NCBI GenBank assembly: GCA_963788655.1
Contig: CAWBHS010000011.1
Span: 32,001-96,000 of the forward strand
Length of the DNA: 64,000 bases
Source: an uncultured Verrucomicrobiae bacterium
GTDB taxonomy: Bacteria; Verrucomicrobiota; Verrucomicrobiia; Limisphaerales; JAFGQR01
Direction of reading: 5' to 3'
Shown here: piece after piece, positions 8,994-18,116 of the stretch
How positions within the stretch are numbered: position 1 is the stretch's first letter
How the letters are laid out: each line of letters starts with the position of its first letter
The notes under the pieces: generated by a model
The model's database searches: none
Told to the model about the DNA's origin: nothing
Seen by the model: only the letters and a program-made list of their open reading frames with translations
Position numbers and translations under genes: made by a program

Positions 8994-11900
8994 ATGAAAG
9001 CGTTCCGTCTTACCGTTTCGACCATTGCGATCTTGTCCTGCCTCTTGGTTTTGCCCGGCTCCACCCGAGCCGCCGGTTCGGAGGCAGGCTTTGCCACCAT
9101 CGAAAAAGAGTTCCGTGAATTGCCGTTGTCGGCGCGCCGGCTGACTGGTCCGCTCTTTTGGTTGCACGGTGACGATAGCAAAGAACGTCTCGAAATGTAT
9201 GTGGCCAAGGTGGCCGAAGGCGGCAATGGCTGTTTCACCACCGAGTCGCGCCCGCACAAGGATTGGCTGGGTGAAGGTTGGTATCGTGACCTGGCCATCT
9301 GCCTTGATGCGGCCAAGCGGCACGGGCTGAAAATGTGGATCTTCGATGAAAAATGGTGGCCCAGCCAGGGCGTTGCGGGCCGGGTGCCGCCACGCTATGC
9401 GGCCAAACAATTAGACGCTTCCGCGGTCGAAGTGACCGGCCCGCGGACATTCGTAGCCGATGACTATGCGGGCGAACGTTACCTCGGCGCGGTGGCGGGT
9501 CGCGTGACGAATAACGGTGCGGTCGAAAGTGGAAGCCTGGTCGATCTTGCGCCATTCATTCGCGACGGCAAGCTGGCTTGGCAAGTGCCCAATGGTGCCT
9601 GGAAGATCATGAAGTTCACCCACAAACAAGCACCGGGATTGGGTCAGGGAGGTGGCAAACAATTGAGCGTGGACGGCGCCAGCCAGGACTGTGTCGATTG
9701 GTTCCTGCAAACCGTTTATCAGCCGCATTACGACCGGTTCAAAGCTGACTTCGGCAAGACTATTGTCGGCTTTTTCTACGATGAGCCCGAAACGCGCGGC
9801 GACTGGGGCACCGAACTGAATGGTGTTCTTGCCGAGCGTCACGTGGATTGGAAAAAGGCTTACGTGGCGTACAAGTTTCAACTGGCCGGTGAGGAACAAG
9901 CCGCCGCGCGTTACCAATATCTTGACGCACGGGCCGATGCTTGGGGGCGCACCATGTATGGCGGCATCACCCGGTGGTGCGAACAACACGGCGTCAAATC
10001 CATCGGCCACTTCATGGAACACAGCGGCATGTATCTGCTGCCCGATTTCTGCGCTGGCAATCTGATGGGCGTGCAGAAATACAGCAGCATGGGCGGCATC
10101 GACGCGGTGTTTGATCAGTTCGTGTGGGGCAAGCGAGTAACGCGAGACGTTCCCTGTTGGCAGACGCCCAAGCTCGGCAGCTCGATCACGCACGCCTACG
10201 GCAAACCGGACGATGTGGCGATGGTGGAAATCTTCGGCGCGCGCGGCCAGGATTTGACCTATCCGGAAATGAAGTGGTGGACGGACCACATGCAGGTTTC
10301 CGGCGTGAATTTCCTGATCCCGCATTCGTTCAATCCTCGCTCGCCGAACGATACGGATTGCCCGCCGTATTTCTACGACAGTGGATTCGAGCCGCGCTGG
10401 CCTTTGTATCGCGTGTTTGCCGATTACACCAGCCGGCTCAGTGTGATGCTCAGCGGGGGACGGCACGTGGCGCCGGTGGCCTTGTTGTTCCTCGGCCAGA
10501 GCACGCATGTCGGCCAACACATCACGCCCGATCAAATCAGTGAAAGCTTGCAGGACGCCCTTTACGACTGTGACTGGCTTCCGTATGAAGTCTTTGAAAA
10601 CGGCATGACGGTTTCCGGCAAGCGGCTCAAACTCCGCGAGGAGACCTATCGCATCCTCGTTGTCCCACCGGTGGAAGTGATTCCTTACGCCACGTTGGCC
10701 AAGGCCAAAGCGTTCTTCGACCGCGGTGGCGTCGTGGTGGGCTACGGTTTGTTGCCGACAAAATCCGCCACGATTGGCCACAATGCGGAAGCCATCGCGC
10801 AGTTGCGCGACGCGATCTGGGGCGCCAATACCCAACCCGGTCTTGCGTTGTGCAAAACCAGTTTCGCCGGTGGCCGGTCTTATTTGCTGCCCGCCAAACC
10901 AACCCCGGAGCAACTCCAACAAGTGTTCGCCGGCGATGCCGAGATTCATCCGTCGTTGGAAGTGGTGGCAGGTCAAACGGATCATTGGTTGCATGTCCTG
11001 CATCGAATCAAAGCGGGACGTGATGTGTTCTTCATCGCCAACCAGAATCACCTGGGCGCCGCGCGTCAATTTCAGTTCCGCATTAGCGCCGCCGGAGTGC
11101 CGGAATGTTGGGATCCGCTGCGCAATGAAATCACCTCCGTGCCGTTCACCCGCCACGGCGAACAGGTGGAATTGTCCCTGACCATGGAGCCCAATGCGAG
11201 CGTGCTGCTCGTCTTTCAACCGACCCGGCGGCCGTTGCCACCCCGCGTCCAAACTGACACGGCAACCGTGAGCACTTTGATTCCTCTCGTGCGGGTACCA
11301 GCGCCCGCAGCAACGCTGCCAGTGCTTGAAGGCCAACAAACGCCGGCTCGCCATTTTGCCGGCGGTTCGTGGGTTTGGTTTCCGGAAGGCAATCCGCAGC
11401 AAGGCGTGCCACCGGGCACCCGTTATTTCCGTAAACAAATCACCCTCCCGGCTGACCGCCAAATCCAGCAAGCCACCTTCGCCGGCACGGCGGACAATAG
11501 TTTTGCCTTGTTCATCAATGGCCAGCCAGCGGGCCAAGGCGATGCGAGCAGTGAAGGCTGGCGCAATCCGGTGACGTTGGACGTGACCGCGAAGTTGCAT
11601 CCCGGTGCCAACCAGTTCGCCATCGAAGCGGTCAACGGAGCGGACGCGCCCAATCCCGCGGGCCTGATTGGCTGCCTGGTCGTTCAATTCAAACAGGGCG
11701 CACCAATGACGGTGCGCGTGGACAAGACCTGGAAAGCGGCCAAAGAAAAATTGGCCGGATGGACCGACTTGGCCTTCAATGACCGCGCCTGGCCGGCGGC
11801 CAAAGAAGTGGTTCCGTTTGGCGCCGCGCCCTGGGGCCGGTTGGCGGGCAGCCGAATTACGCTCAGTCCGGTCACGGCGGACCCGTTTGCCGGTCGCTGC

Positions 11901-12125
11901 GACATACCGGCCAGCCTAGACCTGGCGAAATCGCGGGTCTTCCTGGAACTGGACGAGTTGGCCCCGGAAAACGCTGCTCGCGTCTCCGTCAACGGCCAAT
12001 ATGCCGGCGGTTTCCTCGCGAAACCATTGCGCCTTGACGTAACCGCACACCTGCAACCGGGCGCCAACACGATTCGCATCGAGCCGTTCGCGCCGAAGTC
12101 GGCGAAATTGGTAGTCTATCAATGA
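8994..12125 (+). CDS. Secreted glycoside hydrolase, GH106-like (alpha-L-rhamnosidase-like), with C-terminal beta-sandwich domains
   Basis: Signal peptide; PLFWLHG, WIFDEKWWPSQG, GFFYDEP, VEIFGA; GTRYFRK...ADN...NPAGL module also present in the GH78 gene. Confidence 0.78.
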   Translation: MKAFRLTVSTIAILSCLLVLPGSTRAAGSEAGFATIEKEFRELPLSARRLTGPLFWLHGDDSKERLEMYVAKVAEGGNGCFTTESRPHKDWLGEGWYRDLAICLDAAKRHGLKMWIFDEKWWPSQGVAGRVPPRYAAKQLDASAVEVTGPRTFVADDYAGERYLGAVAGRVTNNGAVESGSLVDLAPFIRDGKLAWQVPNGAWKIMKFTHKQAPGLGQGGGKQLSVDGASQDCVDWFLQTVYQPHYDRFKADFGKTIVGFFYDEPETRGDWGTELNGVLAERHVDWKKAYVAYKFQLAGEEQAAARYQYLDARADAWGRTMYGGITRWCEQHGVKSIGHFMEHSGMYLLPDFCAGNLMGVQKYSSMGGIDAVFDQFVWGKRVTRDVPCWQTPKLGSSITHAYGKPDDVAMVEIFGARGQDLTYPEMKWWTDHMQVSGVNFLIPHSFNPRSPNDTDCPPYFYDSGFEPRWPLYRVFADYTSRLSVMLSGGRHVAPVALLFLGQSTHVGQHITPDQISESLQDALYDCDWLPYEVFENGMTVSGKRLKLREETYRILVVPPVEVIPYATLAKAKAFFDRGGVVVGYGLLPTKSATIGHNAEAIAQLRDAIWGANTQPGLALCKTSFAGGRSYLLPAKPTPEQLQQVFAGDAEIHPSLEVVAGQTDHWLHVLHRIKAGRDVFFIANQNHLGAARQFQFRISAAGVPECWDPLRNEITSVPFTRHGEQVELSLTMEPNASVLLVFQPTRRPLPPRVQTDTATVSTLIPLVRVPAPAATLPVLEGQQTPARHFAGGSWVWFPEGNPQQGVPPGTRYFRKQITLPADRQIQQATFAGTADNSFALFINGQPAGQGDASSEGWRNPVTLDVTAKLHPGANQFAIEAVNGADAPNPAGLIGCLVVQFKQGAPMTVRVDKTWKAAKEKLAGWTDLAFNDRAWPAAKEVVPFGAAPWGRLAGSRITLSPVTADPFAGRCDIPASLDLAKSRVFLELDELAPENAARVSVNGQYAGGFLAKPLRLDVTAHLQPGANTIRIEPFAPKSAKLVVYQ

Positions 12126-12137
12126 GGTGTCGGCGGG

Positions 12138-13133
12138 ATGACGATGAACCACGTTGAACGTTTCCGCGCCTTGATGGATTTCCAGCCGGTGGACCGTCTG
12201 CCGCGTTGGGAATGGGCCATGTGGTGGGACCAGACCATCGACCGCTGGCACGGCGAGGGACTGCCGCGCGAACTCAAATTCAGCCAGGTCATCGACATCG
12301 CCGAGTATTTCGGGCTCGATCCCTACCAGCAGTTCTGGTTCAGCACCACGGATCCGACCATTGAGGCCACGCAACATCACGTCGAAGGCATCGTGGCCAA
12401 TCTGGATGATTACCGGAGGGTCCGTTCGGATCTGTTTCCGTGTCACGATGCGTCCATTGCAGGCATGGCCGCCTGGGCGGAACGGCAGCGGCGCGGCGAA
12501 GCGGTGGTCTGGTGTACGGTCGAAGGATTCTTCTGGTTCCCCCGCACCTTGATGGGCTTCGAGAAGCTGATGTATGCCTTCGCCGACCAAGCGGACTTGC
12601 TCCACCAAATCAACCACGATTTGCTCGAGTTCAATTTCAGTTTGCTCGACCAAATCTTTCAGGTCTGCGTGCCGACGTTCATGACCATTGCCGAGGACAT
12701 GTCGTACAACAACGGGCCGATGATCTCGAAGAAGACATTCGACGAGTTCGTCGCGCCGTACTACCGGGCGCTGGTGCCCCGATTGCAGGAACACAATATT
12801 CCGCTGTTCATGGACACGGACGGCGACGTTACATTGCTGGTGCCGTGGCTGGAAGAACTCGGCGTGACCGGCGTGCTGCCGCTGGAGCGTCAGGCGGGTG
12901 TGGATGGCATGATGCTGCGGCAGCAGTTTCCGCGGCTACGCATGATTGGCCACTTCAATAAATTGTCCATGAACCAGGGTGAAGCCGCGATGCGCGCCGA
13001 ATTCGAACGGCTCCGGCCCCTGATGAAGACCGGCGGTTTCATACCCAGCGTGGACCATCAAACTCCACCCGGCGTTTCCCTGGAGCAATACCACTGCTAT
13101 TTGCGGCTGCTGGAGGAATACACTGCGGCATAA
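12138..13133 (+). CDS. Uroporphyrinogen decarboxylase / MtaA-CmuA superfamily protein
   Basis: RTLMGFE, IAEDMSYNNGPMIS, MDTDGD, GGFIPSVDHQTPP. Confidence 0.85.
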   Translation: MTMNHVERFRALMDFQPVDRLPRWEWAMWWDQTIDRWHGEGLPRELKFSQVIDIAEYFGLDPYQQFWFSTTDPTIEATQHHVEGIVANLDDYRRVRSDLFPCHDASIAGMAAWAERQRRGEAVVWCTVEGFFWFPRTLMGFEKLMYAFADQADLLHQINHDLLEFNFSLLDQIFQVCVPTFMTIAEDMSYNNGPMISKKTFDEFVAPYYRALVPRLQEHNIPLFMDTDGDVTLLVPWLEELGVTGVLPLERQAGVDGMMLRQQFPRLRMIGHFNKLSMNQGEAAMRAEFERLRPLMKTGGFIPSVDHQTPPGVSLEQYHCYLRLLEEYTAA

Positions 13134-13147
13134 ACCGTATCTTTGGC

Positions 13148-13220
13148 ATAGCGGCGTCTCGGAAGAGCGCCGCCGTTCTGCACCAGACAAGTCTGCGGCG
13201 CTCTTCCGAGACGCCGCTAC
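13148..13220. repeat. REPIN-like inverted repeat (GTAG-type REP pair) between convergent genes
   Basis: (A/G)TAGCGGCGTCTCGGAAGAGCGCCGC at 13148-13173 and its reverse complement at 13195-13220. Confidence 0.85.
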
Positions 13221-13275
13221 GGTTCACGGATTGGAATTGGATGAGAGTTGAGCAGGCCTGTGCTCCGGCGATGTT

Positions 13276-15339
13276 TCAGCCCAACCGGCACCCCGCGCAG
13301 CCGGTGCCGCGGAGCATGATGGCGGCGGTGGGGCAAACTTCCGCGGCGCGTCTGGCGGACTTCTTGAGCGCAATGGCCATCGGTTGATCGAAGGGCACAC
13401 CAACGCTCGCCTGGAAGCCGCGCCCGATGAAGGACACGCCCAGGTCTTCGCCGGCTTCGAGGGCGACTTGCACACAGGCGCCGCAGAGAATGCACTTGCC
13501 CGGCTCGTAAATGATGTCCGGGTGGGAGGCGTCGCGTTTGAAGCGGCGTCGTTCGCCGGCAAACCGTCCCGGATCAGCACCGTAGTCGGTGGCGTATTGA
13601 CGGACCCGGCAGACAATCGCCTTGCCGCAACCGCAACCCAGGCAGCGTCGCGACTCGCGCACCGCCTCGTCCAGCGAGAAACCCAATTCGACTTCCTCGA
13701 AGGTTGTACGCCGCTGCTCCATCTCGAGATGCGGCATTGGCATGCGCGAACCAGCTTCAATGTCCCGCAAAAACTCCGCCAGTTCCTCCTCGTTCAGCTT
13801 GCCCATGACCACATTGACTGCGTCCGGTGCGCCAACGACTTTTTGGTCCCACAAATACTGATGAATGGAGGCCGCCGCCAGTTTGCCGGCCGCCACAGCC
13901 CGCACGGCCAGATCCGGTCCGGTCACCGCGTCGCCGCCGGCGAATACACCGTCGAGATTCGTGGCCAGCGTTGGCGGATCGGCCCTGATGCCCCATTTCG
14001 AGAGGGTGATGTCCGTGGTGTGCATCGGTTCCAATTCCACCGTTTGGCCAATCGCCGCGATCACGCACGAAGCTTCGATTTCGAATTCCGAGCCCGCAAT
14101 CGGCACTGGCCGCGCCCGGCCGCTGGCGTCCGGAGCACCCAATTCCATCCGCTGGCAGGTCAGCCGCAGTTTGTCGCCGTGGCGTTCGAGTTTCACCGGG
14201 GCAATGAGGAACTCGACCTTTACGCCTTCGGCTTCGGCCGCTTCAACTTCCTCCATGAGGCAGGGCATTTCACGGCGCGTCCGGCGATAGAACACCCGCA
14301 CCGAACGCGCTCCCAACCGCAGCGCACAGCGACTGGCGTCCATGGCGGTGTTGCCGCCGCCCACCACGATGGCTTCGGCGCCGATGGCTGGCGGTTGGCC
14401 GTCGGTGATTTTTTCCAGCAATTCCACCGCGGGCAGCGCCAGTTCTTCGCCGGGACAATCCAGGCCGCGCGAGCCCTGGGCGCCAATCGCCAGGAAGACC
14501 GCCTGATGGTCGCGCCGCAAGTCTTCCAGCGTAAAATCCCGTCCTAGTTTTTGGCCCAGACGAATATCGGCGCCCAGGTTGCGGATCGATTTGATTTCCG
14601 CATCGAGAACCTGGCGCGGCAAGCGAAAGGCCGGAATGCCGTAGCGCAGCATGCCGCCGGCTTGCGGATGGGCATCGAAGATCACGACTTCATGTCCGCG
14701 GCGGAGCAGATGATACCCAGCGGCCAAACCCGCCGGGCCAGCCCCGACGATGGCGACGCGTTTGCCGCTCGGCGGTTCTTTGCCAGGAATGTAGGGCGAA
14801 ACGGAGAGCCGTTGATGGTCGGCGCTGAACCGGTGCAGATTACGGATCGAAAGCGATTCTTCCACCGCGCACCGCCGGCAGCGCTGTTCGCACAGGCGCG
14901 GGCAGACACGGCCCAATGACGCCGGCAGCACCAGGTCTTCGGTGACGACTTCGGCCGATTTGCGGTGGTCGCCCTTGGCGATTTGCGAAATGAAATTGGG
15001 AATGTCCAGGCGGGCAGGACAACCGGTTTTGCACGGGCCGACGCAATCACCGGCGTGGTCCGAAAGCAGTAGTTCCAGCGCAGTCTTGCGCGCTTCCCGC
15101 ACCTCGGGCGCATCGGAGAAGACCACCATGCCGTCGGTGGCAGGCATCGCACAGGAGGGCCAGAAATTGGGCCGCCCTTCGATGCGCACCGCGCACACGA
15201 AACACGAAGCCGCCGGCGGAAAGCCTTCGACGTGGCACAGCGTCGGGATCGTAATCCCCAGCTTGCGGGCCGCGTCGAGCACGGTTTGGCCTGGAGCAAC
15301 TTCGACCGCGCGGCCGTCGATGGTGAGGTTTACTGGCAT
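13276..15339 (-). CDS. FAD/NAD(P)-dependent Fe-S oxidoreductase: N-term [2Fe-2S], GltD/NfnA-like core, NuoG-like [4Fe-4S] C-terminus
   Basis: IPTLCH..SCFVC..PSC; CVGPCKTGCP, LGRVCPRLCE; GAGPAG; GGGNTAMD, YRR; RCLGCGC..C, KCILCGAC, VCPT; ATG at 15339. Confidence 0.9.
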   Translation of the reverse strand: MPVNLTIDGRAVEVAPGQTVLDAARKLGITIPTLCHVEGFPPAASCFVCAVRIEGRPNFWPSCAMPATDGMVVFSDAPEVREARKTALELLLSDHAGDCVGPCKTGCPARLDIPNFISQIAKGDHRKSAEVVTEDLVLPASLGRVCPRLCEQRCRRCAVEESLSIRNLHRFSADHQRLSVSPYIPGKEPPSGKRVAIVGAGPAGLAAGYHLLRRGHEVVIFDAHPQAGGMLRYGIPAFRLPRQVLDAEIKSIRNLGADIRLGQKLGRDFTLEDLRRDHQAVFLAIGAQGSRGLDCPGEELALPAVELLEKITDGQPPAIGAEAIVVGGGNTAMDASRCALRLGARSVRVFYRRTRREMPCLMEEVEAAEAEGVKVEFLIAPVKLERHGDKLRLTCQRMELGAPDASGRARPVPIAGSEFEIEASCVIAAIGQTVELEPMHTTDITLSKWGIRADPPTLATNLDGVFAGGDAVTGPDLAVRAVAAGKLAAASIHQYLWDQKVVGAPDAVNVVMGKLNEEELAEFLRDIEAGSRMPMPHLEMEQRRTTFEEVELGFSLDEAVRESRRCLGCGCGKAIVCRVRQYATDYGADPGRFAGERRRFKRDASHPDIIYEPGKCILCGACVQVALEAGEDLGVSFIGRGFQASVGVPFDQPMAIALKKSARRAAEVCPTAAIMLRGTGCAGCRLG

Positions 15340-15419
15340 TGGAATTCCACGTCTGCCGCAGGACAGTCCAGAGAGATTCGCAAAAGCTCCCTGCTGTCCG
15401 CACTTCTTTGACGCCCGGC

Positions 15420-15685
15420 GATCCCCGCAGGGGATCCACAACAATAGCCGTAGGTGCAACCTACGGGGAAGCGGCATTCGAATTGACACGGCCCTGAAGG
15501 GGCCGCACTACAACCCGTGCTATCAATCAAGATATGTTTCATCAAATTCAACTCCGGCATTGATTAGCAATTGTCGCAACTCATCTTTAAAAGACACATG
15601 GCGATGGTGTTCCTCCTGCCCTTTGATGTAATTGCAACTTTGTAGGCTGGCGCCTACGGCTATTCGGTTGATCCCCTGCGGGGAT
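15420..15685 (-). mobile_element. IS200/IS605 (TnpA/RAYT-like) transposase 3' remnant bracketed by palindromic inverted arms
   Basis: YIKGQEEHHRHVSFKDELRQLLINAGVEFDETYLD* (about 15630->15523); arms ATCCCCGCAGGGGATC..AATAGCCGTAGG..CCTAC at 15421-15464 and inverted at 15642-15685. Confidence 0.75.
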
Positions 15686-15732
15686 TGCGCGAGTTGTTTC
15701 CAGCCTGCGCGAATTTCAAGTTCACTTCTCAT

Positions 15733-18112
15733 TTATTTCACTTCAATGGCGTTGTACGGACAGACCTGGCGGCAGGAATCGCAGCGGGTGCAGAGGTCCT
15801 GGTCAATCACGTGTGGCTGGTACGGGGTCATCGGAATGGCGTCCACGGGGCAATGCTGGGCACACAACGTGCAACCGGTGCAGTTGGGTTTGACGGTGTA
15901 ATGGATGAGCGCCGTGCATTTGCCGGCGGGACAACGTCCCTGGAGATGCGCTTCGTATTCGTCGCGGAAATAGCGCAAGGTGGTGGCCACGGGATTGGGC
16001 GCGGTTTTGCCCAGACCGCATAGGCTGCCCTGGCTGACTTGGTACCACCAGGTGTTCCAGTTCGGTGAGATGCCGCCGGTGGGCCTTGCCGGCGCATAAT
16101 AGTTCCAGCAATTCGAGCATCCGCTTGGTGCCGATCCGGCAGAAGGTGCATTTGCCGCAGGATTGATTTTGCGTGAACTGGAGAAAGTAGCGCGCGATAT
16201 CGACCATGCACGCCGTGTCATCGAGCACCACCATACCGCCGGAACCCATGATCGCACCCACGTCACGCAACGATTCGTAGTCCACCGGTGTGTCGGCCAA
16301 GCGCGCGGGCAGGCAGCCGCCGGACGGGCCGCCAATTTGCACGGCTTTGAACTTCCGACCGGGCGCCACGCCACCGCCAATTTCCTCGACAATGTCGCGA
16401 ATGGTGGTGCCCATCGGTATCTCGATCAAGCCGGCCCGTTGGATCTTGCCGGCCAGCGCGAACACTTTGGTGCCCTTGCTGCTGGCCGTGCCGATGGCGG
16501 CGAAGGCTTCGGCGCCGTTGCGGATGATCCACGGCACCAGCGCCAGGGTCTCGACGTTATTGATGAGGGTGGGTTTACTCCACAAACCCGACTGGGCCGG
16601 AAAAGGCGGACGCAAACGCGGCATGCCGCGGCGGCCTTCCACCGAGGCGATCAAGGCGGTTTCCTCGCCGCACACAAACGCGCCGGCACCTTCCTTGATG
16701 GAGATGTGCAGCGGGTAATCGCCACCGAGCAAACGTTCACCCAACCAACCGCGGCGAGTGCATTCTTCAAGGGCCGCTCGCACGCGGCGCAAGGCCTGGG
16801 GATATTCGTGCCGGATGTAGAAAATGGCTTCGTGCGCGCCGATGGCCACCGCCGCAATGGCCAATCCTTCGAGCACCCGATACGGAAACGATTCGAGCAT
16901 CACGCGATCCATGAAGGCGCCCGGATCGCCTTCGTCGCCGTTGCAGATGACGTATTTGGTGTCGCTCGCTTGCTGGTGAACCATTCGCCATTTTTGGCCG
17001 GTGGGAAATCCGGCGCCGCCACGGCCGCGCACGCCCGAATTGATCATCGTTTCAATGACTTGCTCGGGCGACAGTTCTTCCAGCACGCGGCGCAGGGCAA
17101 CAAAGCCGTCGTGCGCCATATACTCGTCCAGGTCCAACGGATCAAGCCTGCCGAAGTGTTCGGTGGCGATGTGGATTTGCCGGTCGAGAAACGCGCGCGC
17201 GCCCGAGTCGCGATTGATCGCAGTGAACGGGGGCGCTTGATCCACGGCCACCGCGTCGTCCAAAAGCAGACTGTCCACGGCGCGGGTCCATAATTGCGAA
17301 ACCCGCCGGAACAAACCCTGCGGGCGAAATTGTCGTTCGACCAGCGAACGCACTTGCGCCGGCGTCAGGTCGGCAAAAGCGAGGTTGGGACGATCCGGCT
17401 TGGCGATCTCGATCAAGGGCGAACAGTAGCAAGCCCCGACGCAGCCGACGCGTTTCAGCGAAACGTCGGCGCCGGATTGTTCGACCGATTCCTCGATGGC
17501 CTTAAACACGCGGTCGGTTCCCTTGGCCACACAGCAGGAATCCAGGCAGACCTGGATTTGCGCGCCGCCGCCCTTGCGCGATCGGGCGGCTGCGGGCTTG
17601 CGTTTGACGACGGGAGGGCGTTGCAGGTTCGCCAGGAAATCGCGGATCATGTCCGGCACTTTTTCCGTGGTGGCGTTGCCCACGATTTCCTCATCGATCT
17701 TCACCAGCGGGGCCAGGGTGCAACAGCCCAGGCAGGCGACCGGTTCGATGGTGAATTGTCGGTCTGGATCGGTGTTCGTGCCGGCGGCAATGTGCAGATG
17801 GCGGCGGAGGGCGTCCTCGATCCGTTCCGCGCCGGCGACGTGGCAGGCAGTGCCATGGCAAACGTGAATGATGTGTTTGCCGACCGGTTCATGGCGGAAC
17901 ATGTCGTAGAACGTCGAGACGCCCGTGATGGCGGCGGGCGTGATTTGCGTTGTTTGGCACAGACGACGCAACGCTTCCTCCGGCAGATAACCGTATTGAT
18001 CCTGGATGGCCTGCAACAGCGGGATCACCGCCTCGGGCGACTTACCCAGACGCGCGATGGCCTGATCGGTAAACTTCAGGTCCACTTCCGGATGGTTGAG
18101 TAGGATGCTCAC
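15733..18112 (-). CDS. NuoE-NuoF (HydC-HydB/BfuC-BfuB type) fusion flavoprotein; +1 frameshift near 16042
   Basis: Nuo[15 protein letters not shown]; thioredoxin-like [57 protein letters not shown]; continues in the 15733..16392 frame as [20 protein letters not shown] and two CxxCxxCxxxCP; GTG start inferred. Confidence 0.9.
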
Positions 18113-18116
18113 GAGA

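Noticed and set aside
9411..11687. Long antisense or alternate-frame ORFs (for example 758 aa here; also 5564-6946, 53643-55115, 58352-59683)
   Set aside because: They shadow well-supported genes on the opposite strand, as expected in GC-rich DNA, and carry no recognisable motifs
12138..13133. hemE gene symbol
   Set aside because: Lacks the HemE N-terminal W.MRQAGR motif; only superfamily membership is supportable
13276..18112. [FeFe]-hydrogenase, formate dehydrogenase, complex I or glutamate synthase
   Set aside because: No H-cluster motifs, molybdopterin domain, other nuo genes or gltB are present
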